A DNA stretch of 63,985 nt, filler included, from Octopus bimaculoides (GCF_001194135.2; 5 parts of 5 records of this genome joined end to end with filler, not necessarily neighbours in it); one strand, 5' to 3'. Positions 11,018 through 22,923 are shown, counted from the first letter of the whole stretch. Made by a program: numbers and translations. Notes: generated by a model not told the origin, from the sequence alone.

Positions 11018-11514
11018 ATAATGGTAAGAGTTATTTTGATTAATTCCGTCCACCCTGAATTTATTTGGGGCCATATTGGACAGCAGTATAGGGGACAACT
11101 TGGAAATCAGTGGAATAAATTATTTTGACATTTTCCAGTTCTGTTTTCAAATTCTGCAGGACTGACTGATACAATATTCCAAATTGACTTGATGTCTGAA
11201 GGTTCAAATCTCTGTATTTCCATCCTTGGCATGACACTTTGTCCAAATTACAAAAACCACTTAAATTTCAATAGTTTTAAACATTTATCTGTAAACGTAC
11301 ACCGAGGAGAGACATAATTTACTGTCACCAGTGGTGGGAGCACTGGTGTTCTGTTGAATTGCAGTGTTGAGTTCTTTAGGAAAGAAACTCTCCTAAAGTT
11401 AATAGGGCTGATCACCCATTGATGGATACCTTATTACATATCTCTGTGTAAAGGCTTCTTGTATGCTGACATATCAAATCTCTCTTTGAGACATCAGAAT
11501 CGTTTGCACACCAA

Positions 11515-11708
11515 ACCTAGCGGTATTTCTTCTGGCGCTTTATGTTCTGACTTCAAATTTTGCCAAGGTTGACTTTGCCTTTCATCCTTTCAAGGTCAAT
11601 CAAATAAAGTATCAATCAAGTCCTGAACTCGATTTAATCAACTTGCACCTTCCCCTCAAAATTACTGGATTGTGCCTAAATTTGAAACAATTTTTACATC
11701 ATCATTTA

Positions 11709-11747
<39 letters not shown>

Positions 11748-11970
11748 GGCAGCGAGCTGGCAGAATCGTTAGCACGCTGGACGAAATGCTTAGCAGTATT
11801 TCACCCATAGCTACGTTTTGAGTTCAAATTCCACCAAGGTCGACTTTACCTTTCATCCTTTTGGGGGTCAATCAAATAAGTACCAGTCGAACACTGGGGG
11901 GTCAATATAATCAACTCATCCCCCTTCCTAAAAATTGCTACCCTTGTGGCAAAATTTGAGACCATTATTA
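11515..11970 (+). mobile_element. Two tandem Nin/Deu-domain-like tRNA SINEs separated by (TTA)n
   Basis: Both carry ttcaaatt...gactttgcctttcatcctt...ggtc(g/a)at...aagtacc; the second starts at 11748 directly after a (TTA)n tract. Confidence 0.75.
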
Positions 11971-12113
11971 TTATTGTTATTATCATTTGTTGTTGTTGTT
12001 GTTGTTGTTGTTGTTTCAAACCAGATCTAATTTGGATTATTACAAACAGGATCTTGTTAATGATTCCTTCTAACCTAAATCCTTAATTGTTAACTCAATC
12101 TCATTGATTTATT

Positions 12114-12193
<80 letters not shown>

Positions 12194-12251
12194 TGTGTGT
12201 GTTTAGAGAGAGAGATGTGTATGTGTGTAAAGAGGAGAAGAGATAGATGTA

Positions 12252-12284
<33 letters not shown>

Positions 12285-12369
12285 AGACGTATGTGTATGT
12301 ATATATGTACATGTGTGTGTGTGTGCATGAATGCGTGTAGCTGTTTGACTTCATTTAGACTGCTATCAA

Positions 12370-12720
12370 GCACCAATAGTTAGATGCCCCAGAACTGGAG
12401 AGGTTGATAAAGTTAATATTTCTCTCAAGCTTTTGGATGTTGACAGCTGTATGGAAAAGATGGGCCAGGAGTTAATTCCAGGGATCTGATATTCTGGGAA
12501 GTAGAAATAATCAATGCAGATATTGCAGTGTCTGGGATGAACATAATATGTGTGACGAGAAGAAGGAAACTGAAGGAGTCCAAGATAGATGTGCAATGTG
12601 TCACAGAACTATCCAACTCTGTTTTGCAATGGCTGTTAGTGTCTGTGAGGGGAATATTGGAATGTGTTAGCAAGAAATTTCATGCTAAACTGTTGGCAAA
12701 GCAGGAATGTTGGGACTCCC
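12370..12720 (-). pseudogene. L2/CR1-superclade LINE ORF2 C-terminal relic
   Basis: Frameshifted minus-strand translation resembles the post-RT tail of this superclade (YFYFPEYQIPGINS ~ SFFPRTxxLWNSLP); heavily decayed. Confidence 0.45.
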
Positions 12721-12857
12721 ATTTCTTCATTGCCAAAGGGCTAATATCATTAATAGGGCTAATTGATTAATGAAGAAAGTTCAATGAGCAAAACTTCATT
12801 GCTTCTCAATCTTCTCTGTGGAATAACAAACTGACATTTTTATATATGTGTGTGTAT

Positions 12858-13271
12858 TGCCATGTAGCATGGTTGTTCGTACACATGCATCATGCAGTCT
12901 ACCTTTTACTCTGAGCGAGAGGCCCTTTGTCACCAGCAGATATGTATATATGTATGTATATATATATNNNNNNNNNNNNNNNNNNNNNNNNNNNNNNNNN
13001 NNNNNNNNNNNNNNNNNNNNNNNNNNNNNNNNNNNNNNNNNNNNNNNNNNNNNNNNNNNNNNNNNNNNNNNNNNNNNNNNNNNNNNATATATAAAAGGTA
13101 GACTGTATGATGCATGTGTATGAACAGCCATGCTACATGGCAGTGAAACATGGGCCATGACTGCTGAGGACATGCGTACGCTTGCAAGGAATGAAGCTAG
13201 TATGCTCTGCTGGATGTATAATGTCAGTGTGCATACACGACCGAGTGTAAGTGCTCTGAGAGAAAAGCTGG
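12858..13271. mobile_element. Two RTE LINE ORF2 fragments in inverted orientation around a gap
   Basis: Minus 12858-12940 encodes LLVTKGLSLRVKGRLHDACVRTTMLHG. Plus 13094-13271 encodes KGRLYDACV-TAMLHGSETWAMTAEDMRTLARNEASMLCWM (RTE LxGSETW motif). Confidence 0.8.
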
Positions 13272-14392
13272 CAAGAGCAGAGACTGAGAAGAGAGCTGTG
13301 GAAAGCATAAAAACAAATGCCAAAGCTTTCTTCTGTAAATTTGCAAAGGAAGAAACAGCCAGGATAGAATATAAAATAGGACCATTGTTCCAAGCAAATG
13401 ACTCACTGACAGCAGACTCAGCGAACAATTTAAAAGTGTCTTCACTTCCCCCTTTGGACACATGGAGATAACAAAATCTGACTGAATTCTTTGATATTGC
13501 AGCTCTAAAAAAGGAGGCGCCAGCCATCAATTGCATCAACATTGAGGAAACAGATGTAACAGTAGCCATAGATGAAATGAGCTCCTGCTCCACTACTGGT
13601 CGTGATGGCTTCCCAGCTATTCTCTGAAAGTCATGTAAGCAGGCTTTAGTGAAACCACTTCAGATACTTTTCCAAAGTTTGCTTGCAAGTGGTATACTTC
13701 CTAAAAAGCTGAAAGAAGGCATTATACGCCCCGTCCACAAAGGTGGATGCAGAGCAGAGGACTACTGGACTACTTTTCCCAGTTATGGTCACCACATAGT
13801 GCCAAACTAACAGCGGAGCTTGAATCTGTCCAATGCCATTACACTAAAAAGATTGAAACAGTGCAGTGGATGGGCTACAGGGACAGGCTGAGAAAACTAC
13901 AGCTCTACTCCTTGGAGTGAAGGCGTGACAGATACGCAGTAATATAGATATGGAAAATCCTAGAAGGGCCAGTACCTAACTTTGGCATTGAGTGTTATAC
14001 AAATGCCAGAACTGGCTGCCATTGCATTGTACCAAAGGTACCATCTACTCCATCTGAATTCAGGACCAGGTATTGCAATAGTCTAGGGTTCAAAAGCCCA
14101 CAGCTTTTCAATGCCCTGCCACAAAAATTAAGATATTTGGTTAGGGTGGAAATAGTTGTCTTCAAAAAGGAATTAGACATCCTCCTCTCCACAATGCCGG
14201 ATGAACCAACAGCTCGACATGAGGTACAAACGAGGGCTGCGGAACCAAACTCAGTTATACATCAGATGTACCAACAGCTGGTAAAAAGGCCCACACTGAA
14301 GTGGTGAAATGAAACATGCAGCCTGAAGAAGTCAGAAAGACCATGGTGGTGCTCCAGTATGACCACAGCCACATGGCTGAAACTAGTAAAAG
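13272..14392 (+). mobile_element. CR1-like LINE, 5'-truncated, RT domain internally deleted, 3' UTR retained
   Basis: Translates to IKTNAKAFF..KIGPL, GRDGFPAIL, IIRPVHKGG, then DYFSQLWSP..ELESVQ..YRDRLRKLQLYSLE-RRDRY..QLFNALP..FKKELD; contains stops and frameshifts. Confidence 0.8.
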
Positions 14393-14427
14393 TGTATATA
14401 TATGTATATGTGTGTGTGTGTGTGTGA

Positions 14428-14733
14428 TGGCCTATTGGTTAGAGTGTTGTACTCATGATTTCTAGGTCATGGGTTCGATTTTCACACCAAGCAACACATT
14501 GTGTTTTTGAGCAAAACACTTCATTCCCCATTGCTGCAGTCCACTCATCTGTAAAAGGGTCACCCTGTGACAGAATAGCCTTCCGATCAGGGGTGTGGGG
14601 GGTATCGGCCTGGTCACCCAGCAGCCAGCAGGATGGCATCATTGAAGAGCTAAAACCTATGTGAAGCACATTGTGACCAGTGAGGTACAACAGCATCTGA
14701 TAGTCTGGTCAATACACCATGATATACTGTGAT
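14428..14733 (+). mobile_element. CORE-type SINE variant, decayed
   Basis: tRNA-like head (tggcctattggttagag; gggttcgattttc) and core tgtgtttttgagcaaaacacttcatt...ccactcatctgtaaaa. Confidence 0.65.
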
Positions 14734-15419
14734 GATGGCTGTCCCCTCGTTATCAAGTATGGCCATTGCACAAAGCTTAACTTAACGGTGCTGTGATCGA
14801 ATGTGACTTTTTAGCCCAGCCAAAGATCTACAATGTCTTGCACAGAGTTGGCATCGAAAACCTTTACTGGCAATAGCTGGCTGTTGTTGTAATTGGGCTC
14901 CATGTACCTTTGCGTGTCGTTTAAGTCCTCCGGCTGAATCACACTCCCTTGCACATGCCCGACAGACAGGATTAGTGTGGTGTGTAGCATCATCACCAGC
15001 GGCCTGGTGGTCAATCATCGGTCTTGCTTTATGACTACGAAGATGACTCATGAGTCCAGTTTTACTGAGGCAGGGTCTTGCACAGACACTGCATGTCAGT
15101 GTCATAGGAAGACCCTTACCATTTGGAAGTGCAACAACAAGGCACTGCCTGACATCCCTCCTTAATTTCTCATGTGCAATTCGTGATTTCTCAAAAATAG
15201 TTGTCCCCTCATGCACAATCCTTCTCCACCTGCCATGGTCAGTAGCTATGCCTTCCCACGTGTTAGGAGAGATGTTGGCATCTCTCAAGGAAGCCTTCAG
15301 CAAGTCTTTATATCTCTTTTTTGGTTTGGTGGAGGTCGTTCTCCTTTAGCTAACTCTCGATAAAAGAATTGTTTTGGCATCCTTGAATCTTTCATCCTGA
15401 CCAGATGACCACTCCATCA
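14734..15419 (-). mobile_element. 5'-truncated RTE (BovB-like) LINE with 13-bp TSD and three C2H2 zinc fingers
   Basis: WSGHLVRMKDSRMPKQFFYRELAKGERP / KPKKRYKDLLKASL...WEGIATDHGRWRRIVHEG is an RTE C-terminus. The 3' end is cagccatc(atc). GATATACTGTGAT is duplicated at 14721-14733 and 15420-15432. Confidence 0.88.
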
Positions 15420-15494
15420 GATATACTGTGATACATACCTACCTACATGCATACATATATATAGATATAGATATATATATATATATATATATAT

Positions 15495-15867
15495 CAGGCA
15501 CGTGTTGTCAGTAATTACTCAGGGTAGGCAGTTGATAGGCCTTTATGTAGTAAAACACACAAAAAATATGCGAAACCCAGGCGCACGACTGAGTTGAAGA
15601 CAGATTTATTTCTGCCTTTATAGTGTGTGTACCACAGCAGTTCTATGCGTAGCTTAGATACTGAGATTGAAAGGCAGGGGTGAATTATGCCTCCCTAATC
15701 TACCAAAAAAATTTAATATTTTGCATTTTATGCAGAGTAATCAGAGTAACCTTCATAATTTTATTGAATTAGGTGAATATTTCGTCATAAAAGGAAAATG
15801 TTGTTATTGATCTATTTTATTCAGGGTAGGCACTGCCTACCTTGCCTATCCAGGTGGCACATCCCTG
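15495..15867. mobile_element. Possible hAT-like MITE
   Basis: Termini caggcacgtg / cacatccctg with subterminal cagggtaggca motifs at both ends; TSD not clear. Confidence 0.4.
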
Positions 15868-16699
15868 GTATGTGTGTGTGTGTGTGTGTAAATGTATACA
15901 CCAATGCATATCATTAACTTTATAATTTAGGTAAATTTATAAAATATATTTCTCCAGAATATCTTTATGAAGCTATATTTTTTAAAATGCATTTTACTAT
16001 GCAGAGGCCTTTCGAAAGTTAGTTTAAACAGATTTGGGGTGAATTTTAAGCACACATATCTATTTTCTAAATTTACTAATATTTTGGCTTTGTGATTATA
16101 ATTATAATTAAAAATATGGAATTAATTATAGCTAATGTATTATCTGTTCTTGTTGTATCAATGTTGAAATGATTAAAGACTATGATTAACTTCAACCCTA
16201 TTAATTCATATTCATTATTCAATCAGTCAAATGTATCCTCTAAAGCTTTTGTGATGGATTCTCTACAATTTCTTTCTTTTCTCATTCTGAAATATTCACT
16301 AAATTCCCAAAATTAAGTAGGACAACATTGTTTTTTTTTGTCTTTATAATTTTGTTAAATAAGATCTTGTAAAGAATTTATCAATTTTATTCCAATTTTT
16401 TTAGTTTGTCATTNNNNNNNNNNTTTTACGTAAGAATTAAAACCCAAATTTAATGCCATTTATCATGAACCATGACATCTATCGTCTGTGAGAATGCTTT
16501 GAAAAATCTTGCCTGGATTGATTTAATGTTACTGAAATGAAAATTTTCACAAATTAAAAAAACCGAGATTTTATTTTCGGATGTTTTATTATTTCAACAA
16601 TAGAAAATTTATCCTTATTAAGCGAAACGAACTGGATGTTTTTGCTCTTTTAGATTCAGGGTTAGCGTAACCCTCCCCCCACTGCTCGTATTTACTGTG

Positions 16700-16918
16700 G
16701 TCAGCTGGCAGAATCGTGGATGTGTTGGACGAATGTGCTTCACAGCAGTTCTTCCAGCTCTTTACTTTTCTGAGTTCAAATCATACCAAGGTCAGCTTTT
16801 GTTTTAATCCTTTTGGGGTGTCCACAAAACAAGTCCCAGTTGAGCACTGGTATTAATGGTAACAACTTGGGCCCTTCGCTAAACTTACTGACCTTGTACC
16901 AAAATTAGAAAGAATTAT
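16700..16918 (+). mobile_element. Nin/Deu-like SINE, decayed
   Basis: agctggcagaatcgt...ctgagttcaaat...ttttaatccttttgggg...accttgtaccaaaattagaaagaattatt. Confidence 0.65.
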
Positions 16919-17587
16919 TACAAACTTGATTTTGAAGACACTTATTTTGTTTCCTAGTCCTGCCCCACCCCCACATTTCCCCGCTTTGTGTCAAGTTTAT
17001 GGTGAATAAACATGATGTTTTGACCTCCAGAGGTTAAAGCTATTGTAATAACGTCTCAGGATTATTTCAGCTTTATGGTTAGAGCTTTAGTTTAATATCA
17101 AAGTTATGTCGTTTTTGTTAGCTTTTCGTACTTCTCTGTTTTTATAAAATTTTTATAAATTCTGAAACAACAGACCTGCCAATGAAGAACTAACATGGAA
17201 TAAGACTTTGTTGTTTTTTTTTGTTTTATATTTTAATAAATTATATTGATTTATTCAACTTCTATTTCCCGCTTGTATTTTTAAGAATCAAACGTAATCT
17301 GATGGTTTGTCATCAGTCACATCCTTAATGCCATTTTTTTTCTTTGTTGAATGTTTAAATGTTTTTAAATGTTTCTTTATTTATTTATTTTTTGAAGTTG
17401 AATAAAAGCTTGTTTACTTTGTTGACGATTTACTTTAAATTTGTTTGTAAATTAATTAATTAATTGTCAATGAGTTTTGCAATGGAATAAAGAGACACTA
17501 ACATTTACTATTGAAGTTATCTTAGCAGATAAGTTTATTGTTAAAAAATGTCTGGATTCATTTTGTAAATTCTTTTTAGTCATCATA

Positions 17588-17637
<50 letters not shown>

Positions 17638-17816
17638 AATCATCAAGATGTCATTTCTGAACTCTTCCACCACGAGCTCACATTTCCCTCTCTCCCTCTC
17701 TCTCTCAATGGGTAACCTTCAGCAACACACCTACTCCTGTCCCCTGTATCAAGAGTTTCTTATCCTTCCAGTCTATCCCTCCCCCATTCAAGCAGAGTGG
17801 GTGGTGGGGTAGACTG

Positions 17817-17854
<38 letters not shown>

Positions 17855-17857
<3 letters not shown>

Positions 17858-17985
17858 TACCTTAGTAATGAGAACCCAGGTTCAAAATTTCCCCAAGACA
17901 CCTGATGAAGGCTGGAGGGTATATCAGCTGAAACGTGTTAACAACAAACAAGATGAGGACAAATATCCGTCAAATGTAAATAATC
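17855..17985 (+). ncRNA. Hammerhead-ribozyme-like element (Penelope/retrozyme type) next to (TAA)n
   Basis: CTGATGA 17902-17908, stem II GGCTGG/TCAGCT, GAAAC 17930-17934, stem I GACAC/GTGTT; the NUH cleavage triplet is missing. Confidence 0.6.
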
Positions 17986-18309
17986 TAGATTAGTTTGACC
18001 TCTAATCTGGTATTTGTCTGTTCTATGCTTATATTTGCATCTTCTCACTCAGAAAGAGAGAGAGAGATAATGAAATAACGTAATAGAGCAATTTCTAACA
18101 TTGGACGTTCTCTGAATACAATTATCACTTATTGTTCTTGCTGGGCCTTTCAATAAACGTTTATTGCTAGAGGAGAGCAAGTTCATTGATCTGCAGGCTT
18201 TCAACATCAAGACTATATATTGGGTTGTACCATATTGAATCCCTTAGGAAGAAGGAGGCACACAAAGGTTTATGTAATAATTGGGCTGAGCAAATGAAAG
18301 CCAGGTATA

Positions 18310-18700
18310 ATAACATGTGCATCAGGGATCTGTGTTGTCACCATTGTTGTTAGCAATAGTGGTTGGTGTGGCGACAGAGAGTGCAAGAGAGGGATTGATA
18401 ATGGCGATACTGTATGTGGATGGCCTTGTTCTGATGAGTGAGAAATAGATTTATTGTAGATGTACGGAAATAAAGAAGGTGACCCTCAAGACTGGCAAGA
18501 AAGTTCGTTTGTGGAAGATGTGAGAAAGGAGCTGGAGGGCTGGAAGAACCAGTGGAAACGGTGAGAGGGTTTTGTTATTTGGGAGAAAGGGTGGATGTGA
18601 AGCAGCTGTGACAGCAAGAGCGAGACTTGACTGGGTGAAGTTCAGGGAATGTGGAGCATTGTTATGTGGGGAAAGGTTCTCATTGAAGAAGAAGGGACCA
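18310..18700 (+). pseudogene. RTE LINE reverse transcriptase relic
   Basis: HQGSVLSPLL...AILYVDGLVLMSE (YADD region) and AAVTARARLDWVKFRECGALL. Confidence 0.75.
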
Positions 18701-18740
18701 GTCCCTTCTTACGTAAAACTTCAGACCTTGTGCCTAGAGT

Positions 18741-19183
18741 ATGCTTAGCAGTGTTTCGCCCATCGCTACATTCTTAGTTCAAATTCTGCTGAGGTCGACT
18801 TTGCTTTTCATCTTTTCAGGGTCAATGACATAAGTACCAGTGAAATTCTTGGCTCGATGTACTCAACTAGTCCCCTCCCCCACAATTTCAGACCTTGTGC
18901 CTTCAGTATAAAGATTTATTATTATTATCATCATCATTATTATTATTAATGATAATAGTAATAATAATAATTATAATAAGGCGAGCCTGCAGAATCGTTT
19001 GCACGCCGGGCGAAATGCGGTGTTTCGTCTGACTTTACGTTCTGAGTTCAAATTCGTCAGAGGTCAGCTTTGCCTTTCATCCTTTCGGGGTTGATAAATT
19101 AAGTACCAGTTGCGTACTGGGGTCGATCTAATCGACTGGACCCTTCCCCAAAGATTTCGGGCCCTATGCCTAGAGTAGAAAAG

Positions 19184-19254
<71 letters not shown>

Positions 19255-19482
19255 GGCGGCGATTTGGCGGAATCGTTAGCACGTCGGGCGAAATACTTAG
19301 CGGTATTTCTCCTGTCTTCATGCTCTGAGTTCAAATTCCGCCAAGGTCAACTTTCTCTTTCATCCTTTCAGGGTCGATGACTTAAGTACCAGTTGCGTAT
19401 TGGGGTCGATGTAATCGACTAGTCGCCTTTCCCCAAATTTCAGACCTTCCTTCAACAGAAAGGATTATTATTATTATTATTA
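18741..19482 (+). mobile_element. Head-to-tail array of three Nin/Deu-like SINEs joined by (TTA)n/(TAA)n tracts
   Basis: Copies at about 18741-18915, 18980-19184 and 19255-19465, each ending aag(g)attattatt. Confidence 0.85.
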
Positions 19483-20617
19483 AGCGGTATGGACCTCCTG
19501 GAGTTCACAACTTGCCCTGATTACTTTCATCATTATCCCTTGGGAATACAGTTCCTGTCGCTCACTGCGGTGTAAATAAGCAGCAGGCTTCTTCTGAACT
19601 AATTCAATAGACGGCACCCCTTCCTCTACAACTATTTGGTTACCTTTTAATATAACAATCAACCGACCCAACATCGATTCTATTTATCTTTCTGGTTATC
19701 ATTGATTTTATTCGAAAACGTCTGAGATCGATAGAATAAGTGTCGGACTTTACAAAAAGAAAATACTGGGATCGATTCATTCGACTATAAATTCTTCAAG
19801 GCGGTGCCCCAGTATGGCCGCATTCTAATGATAGAAACAAGTATAAAGATAAGCGATAAGATGATAGCAATAATTCGAAAAAGGAAGGTTTGTTTTTTTA
19901 ATTATATATTCAGGGGAGATAACTTCGTAAGATGAAAATAAAAGCAAAACATTTTCCCCGCTTTCTATCTACAATTATGTTGTTTTATGATGAGATTTTG
20001 TATTCGAAAGGAATAAAATTCATCTTTTAATCCCATAATTTGAGAAGACGCTTCTTATTTTGTGTTAAGAAATGAGTTTTTTTTTTGTAGTGGTTGCGTC
20101 TCGGAGAATATGTTTTCGTAAATTATTAAGAAAAAAAATTATCGTTGATGCAAGGGAGGTAACTTATTTGAATTTAAGGATAAGAAAAGGAAGGAGAAAC
20201 AGGAAGTCATTCCAGAGGTCAGGGAACGTGTGACGAAAGAACTCTGATAAATCAATAATAATAATGATGAAGTTAAAAGTGAAAATCAAATAAATAGCAC
20301 ATCTGTTTAATTGGTAAAACACGACCATCCCGAAACATAACAATATCTGTTTCGACACATGATTTCGCATCAGATTCTTGCAAGACAAATAAATAAACGT
20401 AAGGAAATATTTGATTTTCCAACAAAAATCTTTCTTAACAAGAGTGATATGTCACTGACATTATTATGTTATAATTCCCATCCCGAACGCTACTTCGGAT
20501 TCTTACATATTTGCTACAAAACATTGAAAGGCGTTCGTGGAGTGTAAAAGAAATGTTTTAGAAATCTTAGCTTTCAGTGAAATAAGACTATTATGAGAAG
20601 AATCAGATAATTTCTTC

Positions 20618-20655
<38 letters not shown>

Positions 20656-22892
20656 NNNNNNNNNNNNNNNNNNNNNNNNNNNNNNNNNNNNNNNNNNNNN
20701 NNNNNNNNNNNNNNNNNNNNNNNNNNNNNNNNNNNNNNNNNNNNNNNNNNNNNNNNNNNNNNNNNNNNNNNNNNNNNNNNNNNNNNNNNNNNNNNNNNNN
20801 NNNNNNNNNNNNNNNNNNNNNNNNNNNNNNNNNNNNNNNNNNNNNNNNNNNNNNNNNNNNNNNNNNNNNNNNNNNNNNNNNNNNNNNNNNNNNNNNNNNN
20901 NNNNNNNNNNNNNNNNNNNNNNNNNNNNNNNNNNNNNNNNNNNNNNNNNNNNNNNNNNNNNNNNNNNNNNNNNNNNNNNNNNNNNNNNNNNNNNNNNNNN
21001 NNNNNNNNNNNNNNNNNNNNNNNNNNNNNNNNNNNNNNNNNNNNNNNTTATCTTAATCTTTTTTTCTTTTTTGTTTTAATCTTTCATATAATTTTAAAGT
21101 TAGAATCAGAAAACAACATTCTGGTTTTTAAAAATATTTTATTGAAAAAAAAAAAGCGAAAATTCCAGAATTATCTCCCTTGGACGGTAGAAACCCTACA
21201 AGGTCAAGATTTGCATTCCATACGAAGAGCATGAGTGTGTGTGTGAGAGAGATAGACAGAGAGAGACAGGGACTTAGAGAGAGAGAGAGAGAGACTAAGA
21301 GAGGGAAGATAGACAGACAAAAAGAGTGAAGTAGGGAGAGACATGAACATACTGTGCAAGCATTACACACAAATAAATGTGTGCGCGCGTGCGATGCGTA
21401 CATCTGTGTGTGTGCGTGCGCGTGAGGTGTGCGTACATGCACGTGAGTGCGCGCGCAGGTATATATATATATATATATAGGAGAAAGATGGGGAGAGGTG
21501 GGGGAGAGAGATGATATGTATAACTGTTAAAATAAATTTATTATTTTAAATCAAGTTTAAGAAGACAAATGGAACTTTTACTGATGCTGTGACGCTATAC
21601 AGTCACGTGTGTGTGTGTGCGCGTGCGTGATGTATGTAATTGTTACACTCGGATTTAATGACGTCAAAATGTACCGAATCTTCATAATATCCGGTTGAAC
21701 CACCACCCCCACCCGCTGTCGCTATCCCCAACCCGATCACCCACCACCACCACCACCACCACCATGTCTTCTTTGTCATTCTCTGAATATTTCATAGAAA
21801 CTTAAATAAGTTATGGGTTCAAAGCGTTTTCACGAAATGATGGAGTATTTATTGACCAATAAATATCAATCAATTAGAATAACAAAGCTACCGAGTGAAA
21901 CACTTTCCTTTTCCTAATGTTGGACATTTTTAGAACTTTTGGGACGGGGAATTTCATAAGACATCCATTAATTAACGCATAAGATGTGACANNNNNNNNN
22001 NNNNNNNNNNNNNNNNNNNNNNNNNNNNNNNNNNNNNNNNNNNNNNNNNNNNNNNNNNNNNNNNNNNNNNNNNNNNNNNNNNNNNNNNNNNNNNNNNNNN
22101 NNNNNNNNNNNNNNNNNNNNNNNNNNNNNNNNNNNNNNNNNNNNNNNNNNNNNNNNNNNNNNNNNNNNNNNNNNNNNNNNNNNNNNNNNNNNNNNNNNNN
22201 NNNNNNNNNNNNNNNNNNNNNNNNNNNNNNNNNNNNNNNNNNNNNNNNNNNNNNNNNNNNNNNNNNNNNNNNNNNNNNNNNNNNNNNNNNNNNNNNNNNN
22301 NNNNNNNNNNNNNNNNNNNNNNNNNNNNNNNNNNNNNNNNNNNNNNNNNNNNNNNNNNNNNNNNNNNNNNNNNNNNNNNNNNNNNNNNNNNNNNNNNNNN
22401 NNNNNNNNNNNNNNNNNNNNNNNNNNNNNNNNNNNNNNNNNNNNNNNNNNNNNNNNNNNNNNNNNNNNNNNNNNNNNNNNNNNNNNNNNNNNNNNNNNNN
22501 NNNNNNNNNNNNNNNNNNNNNNNNNNNNNNNNNNNNNNNNNNNNNNNNNNNNNNNNNNNNNNNNNNNNNNNNNNNNNNNNNNNNNNNNNNNNNNNNNNNN
22601 NNNNNNNNNNNNNNNNNNNNNNNNNNNNNNNNNNNNNNNNNNNNNNNNNNNNNNNNNNNNNNNNNNNNNNNNNNNNNNNNNNNNNNNNNNNNNNNNNNNN
22701 NNNNNNNNNNNNNNNNNNNNNNNNNNNNNNNNNNNNNNNNNNNNNNNNNNNNNNNNNNNNNNNNNNNATTATCATTTACTGATCAGGTAATATTTAACTA
22801 ACTCTACCCCGGAGTACTGGAATGGTTACACTTTGAAGTCGACAGAACCAGTATATTCCTGTGATAGATTACATAATACTATAGTACAAGTT

Positions 22893-22923
<31 letters not shown>

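Noticed and set aside
18431-18450. Other CTGATGA occurrences (18431, about 37036, 38520, 56814)
   Set aside because: No stem II plus GAAA arrangement; two lie within RTE coding relics.
18741-19482. Regularly spaced repeats resembling a CRISPR-like array
   Set aside because: The units are about 210-nt SINEs separated by microsatellites in a eukaryotic context; no cas genes or unique spacers.
19480-19650. Minus-strand frame starting GNQIV, phase-compatible with the next expected FBXL13 exon (GNKRVTD...)
   Set aside because: No LRR pattern after the first residues and a poor acceptor (attaaaag).
21659-21666. CRE palindrome TGACGTCA with a CCAAT nearby
   Set aside because: Single short motifs are expected by chance in 64 kb and no linked exon or TSS is evident.
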